Shown here one piece after another: positions 19,563-29,250 of a DNA stretch of 64,000 nt; positions within the stretch are counted from its first letter, which is position 1, and each line of letters opens with the position of its first letter. Under the pieces are notes generated by a model. It searched no databases, was not told the origin of the DNA, and saw only the letters and a program-made list of their open reading frames with translations. Source of the DNA: Flavobacteriales bacterium (GTDB lineage Bacteria > Bacteroidota > Bacteroidia > CAIKAF01); contig JANWKT010000034.1 in the NCBI GenBank assembly GCA_025451235.1, forward strand, positions 77,014-141,013, written 5' to 3'. The translations under genes and the position numbers were made by a program.

Positions 19563-22320
19563 ATTTAGCCCCTTATTTATCCTGTTAGTTTGCCTTTTAG
19601 GTTTCCAAAACCTAAAAAGCCAAGTACTAATCAATGAGTACTCAGCAGCTAATTTTGGCACGACCACTGATAATTTCGGTGATACGCCTGATTGGATCGA
19701 GTTGTATAATGCAGGCGGAGTTGCCGTAAATTTGTCAAGCTACTTCTTAAGCGATAAACTTACCAATCCTTTAAAATGGCAACTTCCCAATATCAATATC
19801 AATCCAGGACAGCGGATCAGGTTTTGGGCAAGCAACCGCAACACCGTTATAGGAACAGATTATCATACCAATTTTAAGCTTACTCAAAGTGAAGGAAATG
19901 ATTATGTGGTATTCTCGGATGGGATGGCCAATATTCTTGATTTTGTAGATGTTCAACCTAATCAACGTAACCATTCAAACGGTAGAACTGTAGATGGAGG
20001 ACCTACCTGGGGTGTATTTTCCACCCCAACACCCGGAACTGCTAATGGGGCAAGTTTCACCAGTTATGCTACTACCCCCACCATGAGCATGGCCCCTGGA
20101 AATTATGCAGGTGCGATTGCCGTTGCATTGGCATCACCAGATCCGTTGATTACTATTCGTTATACAACTAACGGTTCGGAGCCGACGGCCGCATCAACCG
20201 CCTATGTAGCACCTATCAATGTTGCCGCAACTACGGTGATCAGAGCAAAAGCTTTTTCCTCTAATCCTGCTGTTCTTCCAAGTTTTATTGAAACGAATAC
20301 TTATTTTATCAATGTAAACCATACCATTCCTATTGTTTCCATTTGTTCTGGTAATTATACAAATCTATTTAACAGTGTAATGCCAGAAATTTATTCTTCA
20401 CTGGAATATTTCGATGCCAATGAAACATTCCAGTTCGAAAGTTATGGAGAAGTAAATGGACATGGCAATGATTCATGGTCATTTCCGCAAAAAGGAATTG
20501 ACTTTATCACCAAAGATGAAGAAGGTTATGACAATCAAATGGACCATCCTATTTTTGATGGTACTCCAAGACCCAGTTACCAGAGGTTAATTATTAAAGC
20601 GGGTGCTTCTGATAATTATCCATTTGCATGGGGGCCTGGATGTCATCTGAGAGACGCATTTGTTCAATCATATGCATTCAAACATAACCTCCATATGGAT
20701 GGAAGAAGGTTTGAAAGTTGCATTCTTTACATCAACGGTCAATATTGGGGAGTTTACGAATTAAGAGAAAAAGGAAGTGACTCGGATTATACTGATTTTT
20801 ATTATGGACAAAAAGAAGATGAGATTGATGTGCTATCCTACTGGGGTGGAATGATCGTTAGATATGGCAGCACAGCAGACTGGAATAACCTATATACTTA
20901 TATTACCACCAACAGCATGGCTGTACAAACCAATTATGATGTGGCTGCAGGAAGGATAGATGTGATGAGTGTAATTGATAATTATATTTACAATACCTAT
21001 GTTGTTAATTCAGACTGGATCAATTGGAACAGCATGTGGTGGAGAGGATTTGGAAGTCCCAACGTAAAATGGAAATACATGATGTGGGATATGGACAATG
21101 TTTACAACCTCGGTCAGAATTATTCGGGTTGGCCGAACGGAACAAGTTATACCAGTGATCCATGTGACCTCGATCTTATTTTCCAAAATGCCGGACCCAA
21201 TATGGGGCATATGGATATTTTTAATGCATTGATGCAAAATCCAGGCTTTAAGAATTTATTTATTACCCGTTATGCAGAATTATTATCCGGTCCATTGACC
21301 TGTCCACAGATCAATGCACATCTGGACAGTATTGTGAATGTATTGACCCCAGAAATGCCGGGACAGATCGCCAGGTGGGGTGGAACCATGGTTGAATGGA
21401 ATGATAATCTTACCTTTTTACGAAATGAGATCAATGGAAGATGCAATGTAATTACCCAAGGTGCTATTGATTGTTACGATGTTACCGGACCCTATGATGT
21501 AGTAGTTGTAGTTGATCCTCCCTTAACTGGTCAGGTAGATTTTATGGGCAATACCATCACCACCTATCCATGGTCGGGAACATATTTTGGAACTACGGTG
21601 ATCGATTTGACTGCGATTCCATCAATGGGTTGGAATTTTGATTATTGGGAATTAAATAACCATGTAGTTGCCCCCAATCAATTTGCAACCGATGTTACCT
21701 TTACCTTAAATGCAAATGATACCATTATAGCACACTTTGTTCAACCTGATTCGTTAAAGATCATGTATCGTGTAATGCCACCGTTAACCGGTGAAATAAG
21801 CATGAACGGGTCTAACTTACCTTATTACCCATATACTGATAATGTAGCTCCGGGAGAAGTGTATAACCTAGCTGCCATTCCGGATACATCAGAGTATTTG
21901 TTTGATCATTGGCAATTGAATAACCATGCCATTAATCCTTCCACTCTTGATTCAGCGGGCAGCATTACGGTTAGTTCGTCGGATACTGTAGTTGCCTGGT
22001 TCAAGAAAAAACCACCTATTCCGGAACCATATATTGAGCCACCAACGCTCTATATTCCGAATTCATTTACACCTAATGGTGATGACCTCAACGAATATTT
22101 TGAGGTGTATTTTAATGATCGGATCAAAGATGTAAAAATTGAAATATTTGATCGTTGGGGATTCAAGCTTTTCTCTTCCTCTGATAAATACTTCAAGTGG
22201 GATGGAAAATTCAAAGGAGTCCTATTACCCATCGGAGTTTATGCTTATAAGCTCAGTTATATAGATGATGAGAAAAACTACGAGCAAATCATTTACGGAC
22301 ATGTAACCTTGTTAAAATAA
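19555..22320 (+). CDS. CotH kinase family protein with LTD, FN3/chitobiase-like domain and T9SS type B (gliding-motility) CTD
   Basis: 'INEYSAAN...DWIELYN' LTD; 'IRYTTNGSEPT' FN3-associated; 'YINGQYWGVYELRE', 'DW..WN', 'WDMD' CotH motifs; 'IPNSFTPNGD..N...IFDRWG...WDG......GVYAY' type B CTD. Confidence 0.88.
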   Translation: MNKFSPLFILLVCLLGFQNLKSQVLINEYSAANFGTTTDNFGDTPDWIELYNAGGVAVNLSSYFLSDKLTNPLKWQLPNININPGQRIRFWASNRNTVIGTDYHTNFKLTQSEGNDYVVFSDGMANILDFVDVQPNQRNHSNGRTVDGGPTWGVFSTPTPGTANGASFTSYATTPTMSMAPGNYAGAIAVALASPDPLITIRYTTNGSEPTAASTAYVAPINVAATTVIRAKAFSSNPAVLPSFIETNTYFINVNHTIPIVSICSGNYTNLFNSVMPEIYSSLEYFDANETFQFESYGEVNGHGNDSWSFPQKGIDFITKDEEGYDNQMDHPIFDGTPRPSYQRLIIKAGASDNYPFAWGPGCHLRDAFVQSYAFKHNLHMDGRRFESCILYINGQYWGVYELREKGSDSDYTDFYYGQKEDEIDVLSYWGGMIVRYGSTADWNNLYTYITTNSMAVQTNYDVAAGRIDVMSVIDNYIYNTYVVNSDWINWNSMWWRGFGSPNVKWKYMMWDMDNVYNLGQNYSGWPNGTSYTSDPCDLDLIFQNAGPNMGHMDIFNALMQNPGFKNLFITRYAELLSGPLTCPQINAHLDSIVNVLTPEMPGQIARWGGTMVEWNDNLTFLRNEINGRCNVITQGAIDCYDVTGPYDVVVVVDPPLTGQVDFMGNTITTYPWSGTYFGTTVIDLTAIPSMGWNFDYWELNNHVVAPNQFATDVTFTLNANDTIIAHFVQPDSLKIMYRVMPPLTGEISMNGSNLPYYPYTDNVAPGEVYNLAAIPDTSEYLFDHWQLNNHAINPSTLDSAGSITVSSSDTVVAWFKKKPPIPEPYIEPPTLYIPNSFTPNGDDLNEYFEVYFNDRIKDVKIEIFDRWGFKLFSSSDKYFKWDGKFKGVLLPIGVYAYKLSYIDDEKNYEQIIYGHVTLLK

Positions 22321-22365
22321 CCATGGTTTTTGACCTGTTCAATCATTCCTGGTGCTTTGCGGAAC

Positions 22366-22388
22366 AAGCCTGTCCGGTAAGTAGGCTT
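22366..22388. repeat. Short REP-like hairpin
   Basis: AAGCCTG-tccggtaag-TAGGCTT; resembles the GCCTG..CCGG..AGGC repeats at 38.5 and 50.2 kb. Confidence 0.45.
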
Positions 22389-22471
22389 ACTCAAAAAGAT
22401 AGACCAAAAGTTTTATTATTGTCTGTTATTTGGACAAAGACCCTTACATTTAACCACTTAAACTGAATAGG

Positions 22472-22876
22472 ATGACCATCAAAAAAACAGTTTTTATAAT
22501 AACCGCCTTATTCACGCTTATTATTATAGGCTGCACTAAACCTCCTGGCGAGGGCGGAACTTCCAGGATCAAAGGGAGAATATATGTCCGGGATTATAAT
22601 AGCAATTTTACCTTTCTACAGGATTCATTTTATGCAATGGAGGAAAGAGTATATGTGACCTATGGCGACAATGATTTTTACGATGATGATATTCGCACAG
22701 GTTACGATGGCACCTATGTTTTTGATCACCTTCGAAAAGGCAGTTATACAGTATTCGCATACTCCGACGATTCATTACAGGTAACTCCCGGATTAATGTA
22801 TCCCGTTTTTAGAACCGTGGAAATAACCGAGGAATATCAAACTGTTGAGGTCCCCTTAATCATCTTATTGAAATAA
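22472..22876 (+). CDS. Hypothetical lipoprotein (transthyretin/CarboxypepD-like beta-sandwich)
   Basis: Lipobox 'IIIG-C'; 'TGYDGTYVF..L.KGSYTVFAYS' pattern. Confidence 0.7.
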   Translation: MTIKKTVFIITALFTLIIIGCTKPPGEGGTSRIKGRIYVRDYNSNFTFLQDSFYAMEERVYVTYGDNDFYDDDIRTGYDGTYVFDHLRKGSYTVFAYSDDSLQVTPGLMYPVFRTVEITEEYQTVEVPLIILLK

Positions 22877-22878
22877 TT

Positions 22879-23367
22879 ATGAAACTACTCGCAACACTTC
22901 TCATTTTTTTTCTTCCTTCCCTGCTTTTTAGTCAATCAAAAAAAGAACTGAAAGATGCAGGTGTGATATCAAGGGTTGAAAATACTTCCAAATCTGAAAA
23001 AGGAAAAACAACCAATTATAAGGAATCATTCGAACGATATGATGACAATGGGAATAAGATCGAGGCCATTGAATATAAAAGCAATGGGGATATTATCAAT
23101 TATACCCAGTTTGAATACAATGACAAAGGTAAGGTGATCAAGGAAAAGAGACTCAACCCTGTTAACAGTCAACCTAAAGCAACCATCAACTATGAATATT
23201 CAGAGGATGGAAAACTGATCAAAGAACTCCATTATGATAAAAATAATGAGCTCAAAAAAACATCGGAGTATTTATACGAAAATGGATTGAAGGCCATTAA
23301 AAAAACTACCGATAGCAAAGGAAAGGTTATTGAGACCAAAACATATACCTACGAAAAGAAAAAATGA
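22879..23367 (+). CDS. Secreted hypothetical protein with YD-like beta-hairpin repeats
   Basis: Signal peptide; repeats 'YDDNGNKIE', 'YNDKGKVIKE', 'YSEDGKLIKE', 'YENGLK'. Confidence 0.7.
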   Translation: MKLLATLLIFFLPSLLFSQSKKELKDAGVISRVENTSKSEKGKTTNYKESFERYDDNGNKIEAIEYKSNGDIINYTQFEYNDKGKVIKEKRLNPVNSQPKATINYEYSEDGKLIKELHYDKNNELKKTSEYLYENGLKAIKKTTDSKGKVIETKTYTYEKKK

Positions 23368-24062
23368 AAGACTCCCTTCATCTAGTAAGCAATAAAGATA
23401 GGCTGGATCTTTTTAGTAATCTTTTTGACCTGAATGCCACCCTTGGCCTTGGCATTGCTTATGTGATACATCTGGTGGTGCTTATCATCCTGATTTTTGG
23501 AATTTATTATACCACCTTCAGAAGGAAGAATTTTGTCTTTACCTTTTTCCTCATAGGCTCCATTGTTTTTTCACTTTCCTACGTAATGAGTAACCTGAAC
23601 CTTAGCATGGGTTTTGCCCTTGGTTTGTTTGCCATTTTCGGAATTATCCGGTATCGAACTGACTTGATCCCCTACCGGGAAATGACCTACCTGTTCATCA
23701 TCATCGGACTAAGCGTTTTAAACGGACTTAGCAAAAACAACTTGTCTTTCTCGGAGGTGACGCTACTCAATCTCCTTACCTTGCTTACTGTTTTTATATT
23801 CGAAAAGGTGCTGGACCTTCGAAACGAGTCTTTCAAAGTGGTGGTGTATGAAAAGCTGGATCTACTTCAACCAGGCCAGGAAGAACAACTTAAACAAGAC
23901 CTGAAGCATCGGACTGGAATAACGGTAGAAAAAGTGGACGTTGTAAAATATAACTTCACCAAAAATAGTGCGATCATTAAAATATACTATCATTCCAAGA
24001 AATATGAAAACGGATCTGGTGGGGACGGCGGTATGATGAGTGACGATGGGGACGATGATTAA
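23364..24062 (+). CDS. DUF4956 family membrane protein
   Basis: 'LSMGFALGLFAIFGIIRYRT..I..REMTYLF' and 'L..DLK.RTGI' signature. Confidence 0.88.
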   Translation: MKDSLHLVSNKDRLDLFSNLFDLNATLGLGIAYVIHLVVLIILIFGIYYTTFRRKNFVFTFFLIGSIVFSLSYVMSNLNLSMGFALGLFAIFGIIRYRTDLIPYREMTYLFIIIGLSVLNGLSKNNLSFSEVTLLNLLTLLTVFIFEKVLDLRNESFKVVVYEKLDLLQPGQEEQLKQDLKHRTGITVEKVDVVKYNFTKNSAIIKIYYHSKKYENGSGGDGGMMSDDGDDD

Positions 24063-24723
24063 AAGACTCTTCATAATTTGTTTATTGTTATCCCAGGCAA
24101 GCTTATTCGGCCAGGTAATCAACGATTTTGGAACCTGGTGGGGGGCCGAGGTTCGTAAAACCTTTCTAAAGGATTTTAAAACAGGAGTAAGGATTGAAAC
24201 AAGGCTTAACGAAAATTCGGAGTTTGTAAAAAACTTTTACATCTCTCCATATTTCAAGTATTCTCCCTTAAAGTGGTTAACGCTTGGATTGAACTATCGG
24301 TTTGACAATCGGTATCAAAGAGCAGAAAAATATTTTAGTCAAAGACATAGGGTGGCTTTCGACCTTGAATTTACCTATGAAATAAAAAGGTTTGAACTGG
24401 GATACAGAAATCGGACCCAACTCCAATGGGAAAATGAATATAGCAGCTCCATAGAGTACCCTCTGGCATTTAACAGGAACCAGGTTTCTCTTAAATATAA
24501 ATGGCCCAATTTACCATTCAGTACGATGATCAGCGGAGAACTCTGGCTACCGATGGTGTTGAATACAGATCTGAGCAAATTCAGGCTGGTAGTTGGCCAG
24601 GAATACCGGCTCAAAGAAAAACATCGGTTCCAGTTACGTTTTATTTTTCAAACCGACCTGAACAGTACAGGCGAAATATGGAGGGATTATATTATATCCA
24701 CCCGGTACATATTTGCGTTTTAG
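24055..24723 (+). CDS. DUF2490 family outer-membrane beta-barrel protein
   Basis: Signal peptide (start MIKRLF); 'DFGTW', 'RHR', 'YRNRTQ', 'RNQVSLKY', terminal 'YIFAF'. Confidence 0.75.
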   Translation: MIKRLFIICLLLSQASLFGQVINDFGTWWGAEVRKTFLKDFKTGVRIETRLNENSEFVKNFYISPYFKYSPLKWLTLGLNYRFDNRYQRAEKYFSQRHRVAFDLEFTYEIKRFELGYRNRTQLQWENEYSSSIEYPLAFNRNQVSLKYKWPNLPFSTMISGELWLPMVLNTDLSKFRLVVGQEYRLKEKHRFQLRFIFQTDLNSTGEIWRDYIISTRYIFAF

Positions 24724-26498
24724 TACGGGATGAATTTACGCAATACGATATATGCGGCTGGGTTTAATTCCACTGCATCTGCTTTTAAGCTATATTGATT
24801 CCCTTCGGAAGAAGTAATATAATTACCATTGGGCACTTTCATCGCAAATTTATTATTCCCCAAAAAACATACCTCAAAGCTGGTCGCCCTTAAAATATCC
24901 TTTTGATTGGCATAGATAAAACTGGTAGAATAATCATGAGTGCAAAATAAACCGGTCTTAACGGATCTTATATAGTAACCCCGACTAGCAAAATTGTATA
25001 TAAACTGAAATGTTTCATGGGGGGTGACCTGTTCAGGTACCGCATTTAAAAGCGTACTAACCGTATCAGAAGAGCTGACAAAGTGCGCCCTTAAAAATTC
25101 CACTGTAAAACATCCTTCCGTTAAGTCTTTGGGAGTGTAAAAAGATCCCTCTCCCTTTAGTTCTTTCGAATAGTCCAGATACGATATCAACAGATCATAA
25201 TTCTCTGGATACCGGGTTTTGCCCCAGATGGCCATATAGGTTTGTTGGTTCATTTGATCGTAGTGTAAAATCACTTTAGAATATTGCCAAACCTGAAAAA
25301 TATTTAAGCCAACCGTTCCCATCATAAAAACGCCGGTGAGCCATGCTTGATATCGTTTTTTGTTCCAGATAAAAGCCGCCATTGGAAAAACCAATAAGGC
25401 ATAGATGTCGATCATCGGCCTCATTCCATAACACCCTCCATACGACCATGCCCACCAGCAAGAAATAACATAAACAAAGACGGGTAGGATCACAATCACC
25501 GGGATAAAAAACTCTTTGACCTTTTTTCGTAACGAGAAGATTCCCAGTAAAGACATGATCATAACAGGCGTATATAACAACCATCCTTTTCGAAATGAAA
25601 ACAATACTTCAAGGATCATAGGCCTGTCCCAATAAAACTTTTCTCCCTGATAGGAATAATAGATCCAATTACCGGTAGCATACTTCCAATAGATGAGCTG
25701 AGGGATAATGGGAATTAAAAAAACTGCCAGTGCCAATAAAAGATGGTCATAACGGTCCTTTGCCAATCTCCATTTATCCAGCAATGTCTTTCGGTTATAT
25801 ATTCCATATAAAAATGGGAACAATGCTAATAGAATATTATTAGGTCGGATCAAAGCCAACATGGAAATACAGATGGCCATGCATAGTATATCGAATAGCT
25901 TTATCAATTGATGATACCGGATCGTAAAATAAATAAGCATACTCAACCACATGAAATTTACTCCATGCGTGAACAATGGCTCTCCATTGGTATACCAGGT
26001 TAAATTGGTAGCAGCTAGAACCAAGGTCAACGTAATGAGTGCTATGTGCATGGGGAAAAACCTCACCAATGCCTTCCCTAAAAAATACAATCCTATACAA
26101 ACATAGATCCAACAGCCAATCACCAAAATGAACTGGGTAGTTGAAGAATAACCATCATCTCCCCTCCCCTGTATATAAGCTACTCCCTGACCAACTGCAT
26201 AAAAAGGGAGGTACATATATGCCATTCCGATACTTCGTTTATTTACATGACGTCCGTCTTTGGTTTTTTGGGCCCAATAATGTTTAGGACAAGAAGAGGT
26301 AAAACTCAGGTCGTTACATTCAAAAACCGCGGTTACGAAACTATAATATTCAACCACGTCGCTATTGATGTGTTTCCTTTTGAAGGTTTGAAGGTGGAAG
26401 CTGAATGTTATAAATAGTGCTAATGCAAAAACGCAGTATAATACGAACGTCCGGTTCTGTTTTTTGAAGGTGGCGATATGCTGGGTGGTCTGTTCCAA
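24720..26498 (-). CDS. Multi-pass GT-C-type glycosyltransferase-like membrane protein with C-terminal soluble domain
   Basis: 'SDVVEYY' first-loop motif, 'LIRPNN', 'LFS.RKGW..YTP', 'W.YGG.YG.R'; about 11 hydrophobic segments. Confidence 0.7.
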   Translation of the reverse strand: MEQTTQHIATFKKQNRTFVLYCVFALALFITFSFHLQTFKRKHINSDVVEYYSFVTAVFECNDLSFTSSCPKHYWAQKTKDGRHVNKRSIGMAYMYLPFYAVGQGVAYIQGRGDDGYSSTTQFILVIGCWIYVCIGLYFLGKALVRFFPMHIALITLTLVLAATNLTWYTNGEPLFTHGVNFMWLSMLIYFTIRYHQLIKLFDILCMAICISMLALIRPNNILLALFPFLYGIYNRKTLLDKWRLAKDRYDHLLLALAVFLIPIIPQLIYWKYATGNWIYYSYQGEKFYWDRPMILEVLFSFRKGWLLYTPVMIMSLLGIFSLRKKVKEFFIPVIVILPVFVYVISCWWAWSYGGCYGMRPMIDIYALLVFPMAAFIWNKKRYQAWLTGVFMMGTVGLNIFQVWQYSKVILHYDQMNQQTYMAIWGKTRYPENYDLLISYLDYSKELKGEGSFYTPKDLTEGCFTVEFLRAHFVSSSDTVSTLLNAVPEQVTPHETFQFIYNFASRGYYIRSVKTGLFCTHDYSTSFIYANQKDILRATSFEVCFLGNNKFAMKVPNGNYITSSEGNQYSLKADAVELNPAAYIVLRKFIPY

Positions 26499-26800
26499 AA
26501 TCTAGCGGTAAAGAAAAGAAATATTCAGTTCCCAGACATTCAACCGGGTGCTGCCGGCATAAAGCTTGCCTGTCCAGGTGCATGCCAGGGCCCCCACCGG
26601 CCGAAGCGTTGACTTTACCCTGGGTGGGCAAGGCCCGCAGGTGGAGGCACCCGCAAGGCAGCCCGTGAAGTATAATAGAAGACCCGAAAAAACAGCTCCA
26701 AAAACCTAGAAATAAGTATAAAAACAAAGAATATTTTAACATTTGCATACTAGAATGGGTATTATTATTGTTATAAATTTGAAACACCCTTTCTTATTCT

Positions 26801-27613
26801 ATGAGAAAATACATGCGATCTGTTTTTTTATTGTCCTTTTTATGGCTGGCAACCATGGTATGCCATGGCCAACCCACTAACCAGAAGGATGCTAACGGCA
26901 AAAAAACCGGGCTCTGGCAGACCAAATGGCCCAATGATTCATTAAAAAGTGAAGGTTATTATAAAGCCGGTAAAGCTATCGGGCTTTGGAAATATTGGTA
27001 TGAAACCGGAGAGATCATGGCATGGATGGAACACCTCACCGACGGAATTACTAGCAACTTTAAATTGTTCGATCCCTCAGGGCCAAGGATTGCTGAAGGC
27101 TTGTATGAAAAAGGTAAAAAAAATGGGACCTGGCATTATTATGGAGTGGATAGCAGCAAAGTAAGCGAAGAGACTTATATCAAAGGCGTAAAAACCGGGG
27201 AGGAAAAAGTATTTTATCCCAAAACCGGGAAACTATTTCAGACCACCTATTTTGCCGATGGAAAAAAAGAAGGATTGTGGAAACAGTTTTATGCGGACGG
27301 GTTTTTAAAAACAGATGGAAACCACAAGAACGATACCCTGGTTGGAAAGGTGATCTATTACCATCCTAATGGCAAGAAGAATCTGGAAGGGAATTATGTA
27401 AAAGGCCTCAGGCACGGAGAATTCTTTGTATATGATGAAAATGGGAAATTAGCCGAAACCCTCCATTATAAAATGGGTAAACTAGACGAAAAAGATTTGA
27501 AACGTCACTTAAATGGTGAAATAAAAGTTACCTTCCCCGAAGATGTGATCTACCAGGGGGGCTATGAATGGCTGAATCCTAATGGAAATGGTGGAGGCGG
27601 AGGCGGGTATTGA
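26801..27613 (+). CDS. Secreted MORN-variant repeat protein (YwqK-like)
   Basis: Signal peptide; repeated 'EG.Y..GKK.G.W..Y...G' units. Confidence 0.85.
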   Translation: MRKYMRSVFLLSFLWLATMVCHGQPTNQKDANGKKTGLWQTKWPNDSLKSEGYYKAGKAIGLWKYWYETGEIMAWMEHLTDGITSNFKLFDPSGPRIAEGLYEKGKKNGTWHYYGVDSSKVSEETYIKGVKTGEEKVFYPKTGKLFQTTYFADGKKEGLWKQFYADGFLKTDGNHKNDTLVGKVIYYHPNGKKNLEGNYVKGLRHGEFFVYDENGKLAETLHYKMGKLDEKDLKRHLNGEIKVTFPEDVIYQGGYEWLNPNGNGGGGGGY

Positions 27614-27638
27614 TCATTAAACCTTACTATACTTAAAG

Positions 27639-28403
27639 ATGCAGCGCCTTGGATTGATCCTGGTCTTATTTTTAGCAGCATGTTCGTCTGGCGAAAAGAA
27701 AATCGAAGTTCGTTCGGGAGAGCATAATTTGCTGGGCGACCATATTCCTGCTCAAAAAAATCAGGTAAAGATACATTGGATCGCCATTGCTCCCTATCAT
27801 GTGGCCGATTCATTGGCCCTGGTAAATGATGACGATTCGCTTACACGAGAACAAACGGATTCTATTATTACCCATTTAGTGGCACAGCAGTTTGAAGCTT
27901 TTTATCAAAACGTAAAAACTTTTATTCTTCCTTCAACCATTATGGACGATTCCTTGCTGGCCCATTCAAAAACGAGGTACAATGCCAATAAAATATTAAA
28001 ACAACTGGCCATAGTAAAACCTGAACAGGCATCCTATATCCTCGCCATCACCGAAGAGGGGATTGCAGCCTGTGGTGATTCTATCCACGAAACAGGAGTG
28101 GCTGGACTTGGCAACAGATCCGGTTATTGCTCTGTGGTATCAACTGCTGCCCTCAGAAAAAAGCTGAGGGATGAAGAACAATTTACCCAGCGGCTAATAA
28201 AAGCATGCATGCACGAAATGGGACATAATTTTGGTTTAACCCATTGTAAAACCAAAGACAAAAAATGTTTCATGAGAAATTCTGGTGGAACAGTTGTAAC
28301 ACTCGACGAAGAGGAGGTATATCTTTGTTCGAAGTGCATTGATATTTTAAAGCAAAAAGGGATCAAAACCCGAAAGGTTGTACAGGTAACCCAGGTATAT
28401 TGA
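27639..28403 (+). CDS. Archaemetzincin-like (M54) zinc metalloprotease, lipoprotein
   Basis: Lipobox LAA-C; HEMGHNFGLTHC followed by C.M and CxxC (Cys4 site). Confidence 0.85.
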   Translation: MQRLGLILVLFLAACSSGEKKIEVRSGEHNLLGDHIPAQKNQVKIHWIAIAPYHVADSLALVNDDDSLTREQTDSIITHLVAQQFEAFYQNVKTFILPSTIMDDSLLAHSKTRYNANKILKQLAIVKPEQASYILAITEEGIAACGDSIHETGVAGLGNRSGYCSVVSTAALRKKLRDEEQFTQRLIKACMHEMGHNFGLTHCKTKDKKCFMRNSGGTVVTLDEEEVYLCSKCIDILKQKGIKTRKVVQVTQVY

Positions 28404-28484
28404 TCTTAAAACCTCTGCAATTAGAAGAATAATTCTTACCTTAGCAGTTAATAACTACCTTATTTTCGCAACGTTTTAAACCTA

Positions 28485-29243
28485 TTGAAAAAGAAAACCT
28501 CCATACTTCTTATCTTTATTTTAGCATTGGTACTGGTATTCGCCACTATAACATGGTGGAACAATAGAAATACTGCGCTCAATGAAACTCCAGGGTCTTT
28601 TATGTATACTGATTATGGAGTATATGTACCCATTCAATATTCCATTTACGGCATTGATGTTTCCAGATACCAAGGAAGGATCAACTGGAAGCAGGTTAAA
28701 TCAATGGATGTACAGAATATTTCTGTGGATTTTGTTTTTATTAAAGCCACCGAAGGAAAATACATGAAGGACAAGCGATTTAAAGAAAACTGGAAAGAAG
28801 CCAAAGAAAATGGGATCACCCGCGGAGCTTATCATTATTATTTACCCGATGGAAGTCCGAAAATCCAGGCAAAAAATTTTATGGAATCCGTACAACTACT
28901 TCCAGGCGATCTTCCTCCTGTTGTTGATATTGAAGATAGAGGTATTGGTGTGCACAATGCCTTTATAAAAAATATAAAAATATTTCTAACGGAAGTGGGC
29001 AATTATTGCAAATGCAATCCCATTGTCTATTCGTACGATTCTTTCTATGAGGATTACTTAAAAGGACAAGTAGAAGAATATCCCATTTGGATTGCCCGGT
29101 ATGGTCCGGAAAAACCCATGGAAGGAAATTTTGATTTTTGGCAATTTACCGATCATGCTCAGGTAGACGGCATAGGCCCTAAAGTGGATATGAACGTTTT
29201 TTCCGGTGATTCGGCAGCATTCCAGAGTCTATTATTGAAATAA
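28485..29243 (+). CDS. Glycoside hydrolase family 25 (lysozyme M1-like)
   Basis: GIDVSRYQG.I.W, FIKATEG, GAYHY, DIE, WIARY, WQFT, VDMN. Confidence 0.92.
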   Translation: MKKKTSILLIFILALVLVFATITWWNNRNTALNETPGSFMYTDYGVYVPIQYSIYGIDVSRYQGRINWKQVKSMDVQNISVDFVFIKATEGKYMKDKRFKENWKEAKENGITRGAYHYYLPDGSPKIQAKNFMESVQLLPGDLPPVVDIEDRGIGVHNAFIKNIKIFLTEVGNYCKCNPIVYSYDSFYEDYLKGQVEEYPIWIARYGPEKPMEGNFDFWQFTDHAQVDGIGPKVDMNVFSGDSAAFQSLLLK

Positions 29244-29250
29244 AAATCGG

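Noticed and set aside
26362-26787. ORFs across GC-rich intergenic islands (also 38431-38689, 50000-50346, 5235-5621)
   Set aside because: The open frames arise from stop-poor repeat DNA, overlap real genes and have unprotein-like composition.
26801-27613. Toxin-antitoxin system implied by the 'YwqK antitoxin' family label
   Set aside because: MORN-variant repeat proteins are widespread in Bacteroidota and no toxin gene is adjacent.
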